This document shows positions 1 through 9,525 of a DNA stretch of 64,000 bases, one piece after another. A model generated the notes under the pieces. That model saw nothing but the letters and a program-made list of their open reading frames with translations. It searched no databases and had not been told where the DNA came from. Both the position numbers and the translations under genes were made by a program. This DNA comes from a virus (taxonomy: Duplodnaviria > Heunggongvirae > Uroviricota > Caudoviricetes > Schitoviridae). The stretch spans positions 1-64,000 of IMG/VR virus record IMGVR_UViG_3300047463_000135; one strand, 5' to 3'. Numbering within the stretch: the first letter of the stretch is position 1; each line of letters opens with the position of its first letter.

Positions 1-117
1 ACTCCGTACAGTCTTATATAAATATAAATAATAGTATGTATGTATAGGTGTAGGCTTTGCTTGCGACCTTGTACGCAGTATATCTTGATATTCAATTCTG
101 TCTAATGAAAAAAAGTT

Positions 118-134
118 ATCAATCATCTATTGAT
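118..134. promoter_or_regulatory. Inverted repeat (ATCAAT-CATCT-ATTGAT) in the leftmost noncoding region; possible promoter or terminal-region hairpin
   Basis: 6-bp perfect stem with a 5-nt loop, read directly; lies in an AT-rich ORF-free stretch (1-282) upstream of the first gene. Confidence 0.2.
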
Positions 135-282
135 TCATAACCTACTATGAATAGCTACGCTATATAGAGGATAGTAGAGATAAATGTCTAACTACAGTGT
201 TTGTCTACTGTATTGAGTACTTAACTCTTTGTACCTAATGCTTTCCTATTACCTGTCTTTAACCTAAGGAGTACTAAAGACT

Positions 283-537
283 ATGTCTATATTCAAAACA
301 CAACTACCATCTAACACATCACATGAACTCAACAATCATGTAGCTGCATTCAATCCTATCGAAGGTGTATGTGGTAACTGTGGTTTACCTGCACTTAATC
401 CTTATGAATTCATCTGCAATGAATGCTGTATTGATGTAGGTTTATCTACATTCCCATACTACGTATATACATCTGAATTGCTGGATAACTCTGTAGATGC
501 TAAAGCTAAGCGCTCATTCTTTATAAAAGGCTACTGA
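283..537 (+). CDS. Small Cys-rich protein (CxxC...CxxCC), zinc-finger-like
   Basis: ORF of 84 aa carrying GVCGNCG and ICNECC cysteine pairs; a GGAG motif precedes the ATG. Confidence 0.4.
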   Translation: MSIFKTQLPSNTSHELNNHVAAFNPIEGVCGNCGLPALNPYEFICNECCIDVGLSTFPYYVYTSELLDNSVDAKAKRSFFIKGY

Positions 538-705
538 TATGAACATTGAAATTGATACATCACTATCACATGACTACTCACGTGTATATCTAGAAGCTAC
601 TGATTCTAATCAGTACTTCATTGTATCCATTGGTCCAGATAACGTAGTACATCGTAAACCTATATCACCTGAACTCTATTCACTAATACTACAAGAGTTA
701 GTTGT

Positions 706-891
706 ATGATCTATTTACATATCATATGTACAACACTCCTCATACTTACAGCTGTGTCATGCTTGTATAACTATCACAAAGCATCACTTAATACAGGGCA
801 TGTAGTAGTTCTATTTCATGCTCTAGTATTTGCATCAATCATACTCATGTATGGTGATCTATACTCAACACTATTGAGACTAAGCTCATGA
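706..891 (+). CDS. Small hydrophobic (membrane) protein
   Basis: 61 aa, mostly hydrophobic; its stop overlaps the next start (ATGA). Confidence 0.3.
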   Translation: MIYLHIICTTLLILTAVSCLYNYHKASLNTGHVVVLFHALVFASIILMYGDLYSTLLRLSS

Positions 892-1076
892 ACTTCTACG
901 AATTACATGCACTATTTGTATTAGCCTTAATCTATCTAGGCTGTTCTATCTATGTAATAACCCGATCAAATGATTGGGTATTACAACTATTTTCATACCT
1001 ATTACTCACATGCTCTGTTGCATGTGTAGTAGCAGGTTTAATCACTATTTATGAACTAAGAGGACTTATCCAATGA
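888..1076 (+). CDS. Small hydrophobic (membrane) protein
   Basis: 62 aa with two predicted TM stretches; ATGA overlap with the downstream gene. Confidence 0.3.
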   Translation: MNFYELHALFVLALIYLGCSIYVITRSNDWVLQLFSYLLLTCSVACVVAGLITIYELRGLIQ

Positions 1077-1573
1077 AAGGCCAATCAATCTATATCGACT
1101 CATCTGACACTCTACAACAATTAGTAGAGCTAGAACGTAGAGCTGATAACAATGAAGAATTCATGTTATTCCTTGATATCTATAAGAATCACGGATATGA
1201 AACAGCTAAACAAGCTAGTAGTAATTGTCCATTTACTACAGAGCAGTTAATGAACCTTGTAGGTAAGCAAGTACGTCTACTCAATGAATGGGTAGATGTA
1301 TTACTGTGTGTTCCTTTAGCAGGTTCAAACAAGTTCGTAATCATGTTAAGCAATGAACCTGATGTAGCACATCACATTGATAATACTGGTTATAACTCTA
1401 AGCTACGTATCTATTACTCACGTGATAAAGCTAAGAAAGGTAAAAAGGATAAACATCCTTTAGCAGTACCTGAAAGAGCTGTAGCTGTAATGAAATCAAC
1501 TTCTAAACCTTGGGATACTCAATCAAATTTAATGACTGAGTCTGACTTCCCATTACCGGAGAAACGCAAGTGA
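1073..1573 (+). CDS. Hypothetical early protein
   Basis: 166-aa ORF, translationally coupled to its upstream neighbour. Confidence 0.5.
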   Translation: MKGQSIYIDSSDTLQQLVELERRADNNEEFMLFLDIYKNHGYETAKQASSNCPFTTEQLMNLVGKQVRLLNEWVDVLLCVPLAGSNKFVIMLSNEPDVAHHIDNTGYNSKLRIYYSRDKAKKGKKDKHPLAVPERAVAVMKSTSKPWDTQSNLMTESDFPLPEKRK

Positions 1574-1727
1574 TCATATACGACGCTAAACTATCATTCA
1601 TCCTTGAACAAGATATCGTTGTTGAAGACAAGAACATTTACCTTGTATATCAAACCAATAAGCACTTAATAGGTCGTGTTGGTGACAAGGTATCTGATCT
1701 CCGTACGAACATGGAGAACTTCATCAA

Positions 1728-1910
1728 ATGATAGCTATCCCATTACTTGTAGCTGTAGTGCTCATATGCTTCATCTGGACTACTTATCTAGTAGTTGATG
1801 GTGATGACATAGAGCAATACTTAGCTGTTATACCGTTCATCTTTATGGTTGTATTTGCTGTGTTTACTCACATGGCAATCATTAGAACACTCATGGGTAT
1901 GCAGATATGA
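1728..1910 (+). CDS. Small membrane protein
   Basis: 60 aa, hydrophobic. Confidence 0.3.
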   Translation: MIAIPLLVAVVLICFIWTTYLVVDGDDIEQYLAVIPFIFMVVFAVFTHMAIIRTLMGMQI

Positions 1911-2152
1911 ATCCATATCAATTCAAAGCTTTAGCTGTATTAACCATCATGTTTCTGTACTTCTTTTATAAGATGTGTAGAGCATATACAGGTACAACTC
2001 AAGAACTAGCTTACGGTATGTTAGCTATCTTTACTGTCTTCATTGCAATGGGAGTAATCCAACTATGTTAACGTTATCTATCAATGGCATTATTGCCTTA
2101 ATCTGTATCGTCCTTGGCTTAGTAATTACTGCATATTTATGGGGTAAACATC

Positions 2153-2422
2153 ATGGATGATAAGTCACCTTTAGAGATAGCAATGGAATACATTGCTGAA
2201 AATCCTGCACTCACTGATGTACTTGATGATGAAGCATTTGCTGCATTCTTTCAGTACCCAGAAGAGTGTATCAACAAGCATAAAGCTGTTATCTATTACA
2301 TGAAAACAAGCTTTGGATTTACTGATGAAATGATCGAAGAACACTGTAAAGAGTTCCTATCTGACTCATGTAAATATGTCTCAGACCTAAAAGTTAAAGA
2401 AGCTCAAAATAGCCCTATTTAG
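2153..2422 (+). CDS. Hypothetical acidic protein
   Basis: 89-aa ORF followed by a terminator hairpin. Confidence 0.45.
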   Translation: MDDKSPLEIAMEYIAENPALTDVLDDEAFAAFFQYPEECINKHKAVIYYMKTSFGFTDEMIEEHCKEFLSDSCKYVSDLKVKEAQNSPI

Positions 2423-2444
2423 CTAATCACCACTAAAGACTAAT

Positions 2445-2466
2445 GCCCTATTTATAGGGCTTTTCT
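2445..2466 (+). terminator. Rho-independent terminator (GCCCTATTTATAGGGC + T-run)
   Basis: Hairpin plus TTTT read directly. Confidence 0.6.
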
Positions 2467-2487
2467 AATTCTATTTTTGAGGTAAAT

Positions 2488-2979
2488 ATGGCTGCTTTAC
2501 AAGCATATTGGGACACTCATATCAGAAGTCATAAGGTGTTTCCTGCTCCAAGATCAGCAGGAAAACAATATCAACTTACACGTGAATTAATGAGAATGAG
2601 ACTACCTAAAATATCAGGCTATCATAGTATGTTTGACATCATTGATGATTATAAAAGACATCAACTACATAATGCTGATATTCACCCTCTTAAAATGTTT
2701 GAGATTGAAAAGATAATACGTCATTTACCAGAACAATATAGAATCTGGTTAATGGATAATATCAACATGTTTGATTATATATACTCAAAACTCAAACGTA
2801 TTAATACTCCTACAGAGTCCATAGGTACTATGATATTACGTCAATGCATTGCTATATCTATGTTTAAGAGTGCTACAGGCTTTGAATATACATTACCTCG
2901 TAGCCTTCCTGATAAATACTACGTTACTGGTCAGTATATTAAGGAAAATTACGTTGATTATTATAATGGGACACGATAG
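2488..2979 (+). CDS. Hypothetical protein
   Basis: 163-aa ORF preceded by GAGG. Confidence 0.5.
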   Translation: MAALQAYWDTHIRSHKVFPAPRSAGKQYQLTRELMRMRLPKISGYHSMFDIIDDYKRHQLHNADIHPLKMFEIEKIIRHLPEQYRIWLMDNINMFDYIYSKLKRINTPTESIGTMILRQCIAISMFKSATGFEYTLPRSLPDKYYVTGQYIKENYVDYYNGTR

Positions 2980-3088
2980 TTAATACCGTGTTTCGTTCCT
3001 TTACGCGGTAGGTTCACCATCTCGATAGCTTTATAACGCTACGCTTTTAAGTGGCAATTTCGCCAATCTTCTTCAAAGGATATATCTC

Positions 3089-3460
3089 ATGGGCTTCGAC
3101 TTTCCAGAAAGCAAAACAAACCAAGCTACTACTCAACCTGTTGCTGGTGCTCAATCTCGTCGTACTTCTAACCAAGAACCAAAGACACGTATTGCATATG
3201 TGAATATGTATTTACCTACAGCTGATGGTACTCGTGTCAAATTAGTATCTGATTTAACTTTAGGTTTATACCTAGAGAAAGCAGCTGAAAAGCAATTGGT
3301 TGATCTGATCAAGCAAGGTGTTATTACCGAAGAACAAGCAGGTCAATTGATACAAGTTGAAATCAATCTTACTCGTGATGAATCTAAACCACTGGTATTA
3401 GACTTATCTAAGATTGGTGTTGCTAATCCATTAGCAGGTACTCCTGTTGATGCTGAATAA
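3089..3460 (+). CDS. Hypothetical protein
   Basis: 123-aa ORF followed by a terminator. Confidence 0.5.
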   Translation: MGFDFPESKTNQATTQPVAGAQSRRTSNQEPKTRIAYVNMYLPTADGTRVKLVSDLTLGLYLEKAAEKQLVDLIKQGVITEEQAGQLIQVEINLTRDESKPLVLDLSKIGVANPLAGTPVDAE

Positions 3461-3467
3461 GCACATT

Positions 3468-3496
3468 GCCTAGCCTTCGGGTTAGGCATTTTCATT
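3468..3496 (+). terminator. Rho-independent terminator (GCCTAGCC-TTCG-GGTTAGGC + ATTTTCATT)
   Basis: UUCG-tetraloop hairpin followed by a T-rich tail. Confidence 0.55.
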
Positions 3497-3508
3497 GGAG
3501 AGTATTTC

Positions 3509-3694
3509 ATGACTGTCTTCTTTGGCTTATTAACAATATTGATCACTGGTGGTGCTGTATGTGCTGCTTTATACCTAATACAGCTACAAGCTAAAACCAA
3601 TGTAAGAGCAGACTTCGTATTCCTCTTACTACTCACACTGGTATTAATATCAGGTGGTTCAACATTCGCATTCATATATCTAGTAACACACTAA
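3509..3694 (+). CDS. Small membrane protein (2 TM)
   Basis: 61 aa, hydrophobic; GGAGAG lies upstream. Confidence 0.35.
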   Translation: MTVFFGLLTILITGGAVCAALYLIQLQAKTNVRADFVFLLLLTLVLISGGSTFAFIYLVTH

Positions 3695-3705
3695 GGGTAA
3701 CAACA

Positions 3706-4668
3706 ATGAATTTAATTGAAGGCCAAATGGCTATAGAGAAGATGTTTTCACGTCGTGGTATTAAGAATGCTGTACTTGAATATATGGCTACAATCCCTGA
3801 GGTTGAAGTACGTATAAACCAAGGTATAGAGCTTATTAAGCAATGGTGTGAATCTCCTAGTGCATATGCATCTAAACAGACACGTAAAGACCATGTATCT
3901 CAGATGGACCTACGTGAGCTTACTACAGATGTATTTGTACGTATTGCTTCTCTAAATACAGAAACCACACTTAACAATCTAGCTAGTCAATTAGCTCCTA
4001 TGATTGGCTTTGATGATACTCGTGTTGGTATTCAGACTTGTGCTGAAATCATTGCTGTATTGTGCCATACCAACTTCTATGACTTAGTTAAGTACCATGT
4101 AAATAGTTCTATTTATGTGAAGTCTAACTTCCGCCTTAATGATGATCTACAGGCATATGTTGAACGTGCTTGTTATTTACCTCCAATGCTCGTTAAACCA
4201 AAGACACTACATGATAACCGTAGTAGTGGCTATCTCACTGTTAAAGGTGAATCACTGATCTTAGGTGGCTCTATGAACCATCATAATGATCCTATCGCAT
4301 TGGATGTATTAAACATCATGAATCGTTATCAATTAACACTCAATGAGTGGGTATTAGACAACGTAGAGGAAGAACCAACTCATGATCTCAATGAGATTGA
4401 GAATGGTCATCTTATGACTGAGATTGAAAAGCTTCATGCTATCTCTCAACAGAAGAAAAACTGGCAGAAGCATATTGAGCAATCACAATACTTCTATCAG
4501 CTTATTCGTATGAACGGTAATAAGATGTGGATTACTAACAAGTATGACAAACGTGGTCGTATATATGCATGTGGTCATCACATCACACCACAAGGAGCAT
4601 CGTACAAGAAAGCGATAGTAGACTTATACAATAAGGAGACTATCAATGTCCCAGAAGGATTCTTCTGA
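3706..4668 (+). CDS. Heterodimeric T7-like RNA polymerase, N-terminal subunit (N4 RNAP II small-subunit-like)
   Basis: 320-aa ORF immediately upstream of an ORF bearing T7 RNAP palm motifs; this arrangement matches the split RNAP II of N4-like phages. The assignment rests on position and context. Confidence 0.5.
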   Translation: MNLIEGQMAIEKMFSRRGIKNAVLEYMATIPEVEVRINQGIELIKQWCESPSAYASKQTRKDHVSQMDLRELTTDVFVRIASLNTETTLNNLASQLAPMIGFDDTRVGIQTCAEIIAVLCHTNFYDLVKYHVNSSIYVKSNFRLNDDLQAYVERACYLPPMLVKPKTLHDNRSSGYLTVKGESLILGGSMNHHNDPIALDVLNIMNRYQLTLNEWVLDNVEEEPTHDLNEIENGHLMTEIEKLHAISQQKKNWQKHIEQSQYFYQLIRMNGNKMWITNKYDKRGRIYACGHHITPQGASYKKAIVDLYNKETINVPEGFF

Positions 4669-4924
4669 TTACGTATTGGCATTTGATCTACGTGACACTG
4701 ATATAGGATGGAAGGTTGACTATCAAGTTGCCTTCTTTGCTGACTGGCGTTACGTAGCTTACAACCAACACGTTACTAAACACATCATGAATGATTTTAT
4801 TGTCACGCCTGCAATAACAGACACTGACTACATCATTCAACTTAATCACACTCATTACCCACAATATCTCATGTTAAGACACTTAGCATGGGACGACATC
4901 ATTAACTACTTTCAAAACATTTAA
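4646..4924 (+). CDS. Hypothetical protein between the two RNAP subunits
   Basis: 92-aa ORF overlapping the end of the upstream gene. Confidence 0.4.
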   Translation: MSQKDSSDYVLAFDLRDTDIGWKVDYQVAFFADWRYVAYNQHVTKHIMNDFIVTPAITDTDYIIQLNHTHYPQYLMLRHLAWDDIINYFQNI

Positions 4925-4943
4925 TCAATAAGGACGAAACCAA

Positions 4944-6179
4944 ATGATTTCATATACAGCTTTAGAATACCTTTGCATAGATATCGCTAACTGCTTTGGT
5001 AAAGATAAGTGGCTATTCGAGCAACGTATTCAATGGGTAAAGGATAACTATACCCAATTAGAAGCTTTAGCTGATGATGCAGAAGATAAACCTCTATATC
5101 TGAAAGCAGTACACGAACTACGTGAAGTAGTAGCAGGTAATCCTACAGGTCATCTTGTAGCTTTAGATGCTACGTGTTCTGGTATTCAGATTATGTCTGC
5201 AATCACAGGATGTATTAAAGGTGCTGATGCTACTGGTTTAGTGTCACACAAACGTGCTGATGCATATACAGATGTAACGAAGGAAATGAACTCAATTCTT
5301 AAGCTGAAAGGCTTTACTACAATTGAAGTTCCAAGACCTGATGTTAAACGAGCTGTAATGACTTCTGGTTATGGTTCTACTAAAGTACCTAAAGAAGTAT
5401 TTGGTGAAGGTGAATTACTAGAAACCTTCTATCAAGCAGCTATGACTATTGCACCAGCAGCATTCCAATTAATGTCTGACTTGTTAGATACATGGCAACC
5501 ATACGCATTAAGCCATAACTGGGTAATGCCGGATAACTTCCATGTAAACATTAAAGTGCTACAGCAGAAAGAGACTCGTATTGAAGTAGATGAATTAAAC
5601 CATGCTACTTTCACTACATACGTAAACATCAATGAAGGTTCAGAGAAAGGATTAGCTAATGTAGCTAATACCATTCACTCTATTGATGGTTACTTATTAC
5701 GTAGTCTTATCCGACGTGCTTCTTTCAATGTTAAGAAGGTTACAGAAGCATATAACTTACTTGATAATGCAATTGAGATTACTCGTGATACTCCTATCAA
5801 AGAGTGTGACGATGCACTTCAAACCATGTTAGATATCTACAAATATTCTAATATGCTTGACGTATCTATTATTGATTACATTACTCAGGATAACTTATGT
5901 CATGTTCCTGTGGCTTTGATCTTCAAGCTTAAGAAGGTGCTTGGTGACATGCTGTCACGTGGTTCTGCTCCTGTGTTGACTGTTCACGATGCTTTCCGTG
6001 CTCATCCAAACCATTGTGATACTGTTCGCTATTGGTATAAGGAGCTAATGGCTGAGCTTGCTGAATCTAATATCTTAGAGTTCATTGTAAGTCAGATCAC
6101 TAAGCAACGTGTTAAGTACACCAAGCTATCTACAACATTACCTGACATGATTCGGAAGAGTAACTATGCCATTTGTTGA
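4944..6179 (+). CDS. T7-like RNA polymerase catalytic (C-terminal) subunit (N4 RNAP II large-subunit-like)
   Basis: LDATCSGIQIMSAITG resembles T7 RNAP DGSCSGIQHFSAM (motif A), and LTVHDAFRAHPNH resembles T7 motif C (IHDSFGT). Confidence 0.75.
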   Translation: MISYTALEYLCIDIANCFGKDKWLFEQRIQWVKDNYTQLEALADDAEDKPLYLKAVHELREVVAGNPTGHLVALDATCSGIQIMSAITGCIKGADATGLVSHKRADAYTDVTKEMNSILKLKGFTTIEVPRPDVKRAVMTSGYGSTKVPKEVFGEGELLETFYQAAMTIAPAAFQLMSDLLDTWQPYALSHNWVMPDNFHVNIKVLQQKETRIEVDELNHATFTTYVNINEGSEKGLANVANTIHSIDGYLLRSLIRRASFNVKKVTEAYNLLDNAIEITRDTPIKECDDALQTMLDIYKYSNMLDVSIIDYITQDNLCHVPVALIFKLKKVLGDMLSRGSAPVLTVHDAFRAHPNHCDTVRYWYKELMAELAESNILEFIVSQITKQRVKYTKLSTTLPDMIRKSNYAIC

Positions 6180-6519
6180 TATACGTACTAACTTATATCT
6201 ACCTGCTGACATTACTAATGAAGCTTTAAATAGTGGTCTTTGTACCACTATTTATCACTATTATCCTACTGGATATAGCGTAGTGTTTCATGGCAAGCCT
6301 TTAATGAATATAGGTGATGTAGATAAGGACTATCACAGCTATAGCGTACGCTATAGTGTGTGGTGGGTAGATCAAGATGCTATTAAAGTTTTCTATAATA
6401 GTGACTTTACTGCACCTACCCAGTTCGATAATCAATTGGCTAGAGAACTAATGGTTATACCTACTACAGAAGCTCGCTTAATATACCTGAGAGATTACTA
6501 TGAGCGAAATCCAGACTGA
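6166..6519 (+). CDS. Small early protein, MPT-x-EAR C-terminal motif family (ELMVIPTTEARLIYLRDYY)
   Basis: C-terminal motif shared with at least 9 downstream ORFs. Confidence 0.5.
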   Translation: MPFVDIRTNLYLPADITNEALNSGLCTTIYHYYPTGYSVVFHGKPLMNIGDVDKDYHSYSVRYSVWWVDQDAIKVFYNSDFTAPTQFDNQLARELMVIPTTEARLIYLRDYYERNPD

Positions 6520-6793
6520 TTACACTAAGTTTGTGCTTGATTGGGTTTACGTCACACATACTTTAGCTAAACAACTTGTTGAACGTGGTATAGCTACAGC
6601 TGACCCATACAATAAGCGTTTACTATATGAAGTTAATATCATTGAGGGCTTATCATCTGTTAGATGGGACTTAGTAAATGGGTGTATACAAGTACTCCTT
6701 AATACTGTCACTACAGCTGAGGATGATCTTGCTACTCAATTGATGATGATGCCTGATGATGGTGTCAGACTTATCTACTTAAACAATCTATAA
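6500..6793 (+). CDS. Small early protein, same family (QLMMMPDDGVRLIYLNNL)
   Basis: Degenerate copy of the C-terminal motif. Confidence 0.45.
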   Translation: MSEIQTDYTKFVLDWVYVTHTLAKQLVERGIATADPYNKRLLYEVNIIEGLSSVRWDLVNGCIQVLLNTVTTAEDDLATQLMMMPDDGVRLIYLNNL

Positions 6794-6798
6794 CATCT

Positions 6799-6818
6799 AA
6801 GCCTCCTTCGGGAGGCTT
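6799..6818 (+). promoter_or_regulatory. Hairpin AAGCCTCC-TTCG-GGAGGCTT whose 3' arm is the GGAGG ribosome-binding site of the gene starting at 6820
   Basis: Read directly; it may act as the terminator of the upstream gene and/or as a translational control that sequesters the RBS. Confidence 0.4.
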
Positions 6819-6819
6819 T

Positions 6820-7155
6820 ATGATTTCTTATAGGATTAAACCAATGAAAGTAGTTACCCTCCACAATACACCTGAGTTAGTAAAGCTATTACAGTATGAT
6901 CCTGACTATTGGACAGAACACTGTATATTCGATAGACCTTATATAGTTGTAGGTATCAAACCATTTAGAACTTATAGCTACGCAAAAGGTAAATATATTG
7001 ACGTATTTACGTGTAAACCATCACACACAATACAAGGATTTGTAGTGTCTAAAGAAGACTTCATAGCTACACAGCTAATGAATGATGAAGTCAAAGAACT
7101 ATATTTAAAACAACTAAGATTTGAATATAGAAGACTATATGGTAAGAAGTCTTAG
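6820..7155 (+). CDS. Small early protein, family-related (QLMNDEVKELYLKQL)
   Basis: Weak match to the C-terminal motif. Confidence 0.4.
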   Translation: MISYRIKPMKVVTLHNTPELVKLLQYDPDYWTEHCIFDRPYIVVGIKPFRTYSYAKGKYIDVFTCKPSHTIQGFVVSKEDFIATQLMNDEVKELYLKQLRFEYRRLYGKKS

Positions 7156-7188
7156 CGTTCTCCGAACGCTTAATTGAATTTATTTTTT
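7154..7188 (+). terminator. Terminator-like hairpin (AGCGTTC-TCC-GAACGCT) with a downstream T-run
   Basis: Read directly. Confidence 0.45.
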
Positions 7189-7211
7189 AACTAGCTGTTC
7201 AAGGAGACAGT

Positions 7212-7478
7212 ATGGTAGTTCAGATACCTTTGACCTTATCTAACTGGGAAGCACTTGAACAGTTAGGTTGGACAGTTAAAGGACTAACTTACTTTGATGA
7301 GTTTAAAGAGTTTACTCATATTAGTGTACTGACCAATTCTCGTAAGTTCACTATGACTCATCGTAAAGATGCATTTCCTTTAACTAACATTAACTTTGTG
7401 TATGCAATTAACTTATTAAGGGATTTGATTACTAACAGGCAAGAAGTAGAGCTTCTAAGACAGTTCAGAGAGGTATAA
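7212..7478 (+). CDS. Small early protein (hypothetical)
   Basis: 88-aa ORF. Confidence 0.4.
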   Translation: MVVQIPLTLSNWEALEQLGWTVKGLTYFDEFKEFTHISVLTNSRKFTMTHRKDAFPLTNINFVYAINLLRDLITNRQEVELLRQFREV

Positions 7479-7480
7479 CC

Positions 7481-7765
7481 ATGTACGCGTTACCAATAGA
7501 AATTGTTGCATCTGATGTCAATATTGAAGCTCTTAAAACCATGGGGTTTGAGGTTAGCTATAAGTTCCCTGATAAGTATATACGAGTGTATCAAGCTACT
7601 ATGTACGCTGTATCGCATGCTAAGAGCTTTAGACCAGTATATCCACAAGTTACTATAGAAATACTAAGCCAACTGCTAATGTGTCCTACAAGCGAATCTA
7701 GAGCTATTCTGTTAGATACACTCGTAAAAGAAGAGTTTGAAAAACATCTTAAGGTAGGTGGCTAA
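7481..7765 (+). CDS. Small early protein, family member (QLLMCPTSESRAILLDTL)
   Basis: C-terminal motif present. Confidence 0.45.
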   Translation: MYALPIEIVASDVNIEALKTMGFEVSYKFPDKYIRVYQATMYAVSHAKSFRPVYPQVTIEILSQLLMCPTSESRAILLDTLVKEEFEKHLKVGG

Positions 7766-8109
7766 TGGCTTTTTATGTTTATCTACGTAACACACAGGAA
7801 AACATGCAACATATGCGAGATCATTCAATGCAATTCTCATTTAATAGGGTGTATGAAAAACCTTTATTCATAGTAGTTAACACAAGTAACCTTCATTGTT
7901 TCTACAAAGATAGGCTTAGTAGTGGTGTACCTCTTGTACCTTTTGATGTACTCAATACATTACTCGTTATTCCAACCCCAGAGGCTCAAATGCTCTATCT
8001 CGAAGCTGAGGGGTATTACAAACCCTTTACTTCGGAGGAATATCCAAATGACACGTTCTATGAGGCCACTAATCCACATAGCCTGCAGAGCAACTCAACA
8101 GAACCATGA
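7765..8109 (+). CDS. Small early protein, family member (PLVPFDVLNTLLVIPTPEAQMLYLEAEGYY)
   Basis: C-terminal motif present; its stop overlaps the previous stop (TAATG). Confidence 0.5.
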   Translation: MAFYVYLRNTQENMQHMRDHSMQFSFNRVYEKPLFIVVNTSNLHCFYKDRLSSGVPLVPFDVLNTLLVIPTPEAQMLYLEAEGYYKPFTSEEYPNDTFYEATNPHSLQSNSTEP

Positions 8110-8341
8110 CCTGCTAAAACAAGCAGGTTATTCAGTTCCTAACACCATCCATCCATATCAGTTCTACAAGCTGAATGTATTCACATTAGAGTGCTGTCTT
8201 GATTACAAGATTGATTCTAAGCTGTTTCTCTTGGTTTATCCGAATGTTCTTTCTCAAATCTTAATCATGCCTACTGTAGACAGTAGACAAGAATTTTGTG
8301 AAATGCTCATGAGGGAACACAATGCGAAACTGGAACATTAA
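8048..8341 (+). CDS. Small early protein, family member (QILIMPTVDSRQEF); start uncertain (7922, 8048 or 8062)
   Basis: C-terminal motif present; the ORF overlaps the upstream gene in the +1 frame. Confidence 0.4.
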   Translation: MTRSMRPLIHIACRATQQNHDLLKQAGYSVPNTIHPYQFYKLNVFTLECCLDYKIDSKLFLLVYPNVLSQILIMPTVDSRQEFCEMLMREHNAKLEH

Positions 8342-8660
8342 CTCAGTTAACTTATGCCAAGAGGTTACTATGGCTGATGATAAATATCACGGTTACTACA
8401 TTGCTGTACCTCTTAGTTCTGTGGAGGGATGGGAGCATATGCTCCCTGAGCATGAGTGGTACAACCAAAGAGACTTCAACAGTCAGTTTGTATTCTATGG
8501 TTTGAAGTATAAACGCTACAGCTATGCTACAGCATCTACTGTAGTACATACACACCTTAAGGTACATGTAGTAGATAACCTAGAAGACTTTATATCATTC
8601 GTGCTTGCACGTGATCTGAATGTTGATTTAAGAGAGCTGTTCAATGGCAAGAATAGTTAA
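8322..8660 (+). CDS. Small early protein (hypothetical)
   Basis: 112-aa ORF. Confidence 0.4.
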   Translation: MRNWNINSVNLCQEVTMADDKYHGYYIAVPLSSVEGWEHMLPEHEWYNQRDFNSQFVFYGLKYKRYSYATASTVVHTHLKVHVVDNLEDFISFVLARDLNVDLRELFNGKNS

Positions 8661-8952
8661 CCGTTACTATCTACTGTTCCATGTAGATAACGAAATGAAA
8701 TTAATTAACGAGTTCAAGATAGCATTCCAAAATTGGAATCGAGATATCAGTCCTTATGGTATGTATCACGGTTCCTATTTATATGCATACATCTATTTAA
8801 TAGATGGTGAAGATGCTCAGCTTGTCATGGGAAACCATGGACCAAGTATTACTTATACATCTGATGCTATAGAACTTAAATCAATTGAAGATATCAACAT
8901 GCTTCCATTAATGGATGTTGGTGTTACTGCCGGGAAGAAAGCCAATGGCTAA
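8644..8952 (+). CDS. Small early protein (hypothetical)
   Basis: 102-aa ORF. Confidence 0.4.
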   Translation: MARIVNRYYLLFHVDNEMKLINEFKIAFQNWNRDISPYGMYHGSYLYAYIYLIDGEDAQLVMGNHGPSITYTSDAIELKSIEDINMLPLMDVGVTAGKKANG

Positions 8953-9226
8953 ATCTAGAATTTACTTTGTAGGTCCTTACTGGGACGAGTTTATAGACAT
9001 CTTAAAAAATGCAGGATTTCAATCAGACACACGTGCTGTACGTCTTAATCCTGCGTTGATGCACAGTCATCATATCCAAATCACAGAGCTTAAATTAATG
9101 ACTCGTATTGATCCTGAGGATATGAGACATCGTGCTTGTTATAAAGTTACTCCAAACTTTGTAGCTACTGCTAAGTTGCTATCTAATAACCCGGAGGCAT
9201 TGCATCAATGGCTACTAGGAAATTAG
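8945..9226 (+). CDS. Small early protein (hypothetical; C-terminus PEALHQWLLGN)
   Basis: Start chosen at the ATG that overlaps the upstream stop. Confidence 0.35.
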   Translation: MAKSRIYFVGPYWDEFIDILKNAGFQSDTRAVRLNPALMHSHHIQITELKLMTRIDPEDMRHRACYKVTPNFVATAKLLSNNPEALHQWLLGN

Positions 9227-9513
9227 TACACTTACGTTTTAACACATCAGTAGCAAGAAACAGATTTGCAGCATTACTACAGAAGCATGACTTTAGAAGA
9301 TTAGAGCTAGGAGATCATTTAGATGATCTTCTTGGTTTCACTTTGTGGCATGAATCTAATGTATATGTTTCTGCTTCTAATACTTTTGCTCCTGTTGTAA
9401 CCATGCGAGTTATGAATGACTTATCTATCATTCCTACTCGTGAAGCTTTTTTCATTTACCTTGAAAGTGTCCTACCGGACACTGCTGTGGATTTGTTCCA
9501 TACCTCTGATTAG
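9208..9513 (+). CDS. Small early protein, family member (LSIIPTREAFFIYLESVLPD)
   Basis: C-terminal motif present. Confidence 0.5.
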   Translation: MATRKLVHLRFNTSVARNRFAALLQKHDFRRLELGDHLDDLLGFTLWHESNVYVSASNTFAPVVTMRVMNDLSIIPTREAFFIYLESVLPDTAVDLFHTSD

Positions 9514-9525
9514 GAAATATAAAAC

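Noticed and set aside
3343-3675. 110-aa minus-strand ORF overlapping plus-strand genes
   Set aside because: It lies antisense to two well-supported plus-strand ORFs in a densely coded unidirectional block and has low-complexity composition, so it is most likely spurious.
5432-5674. 80-aa minus-strand ORF inside the RNAP catalytic subunit gene
   Set aside because: It is antisense to a gene with clear T7 RNAP motifs, so it is spurious.
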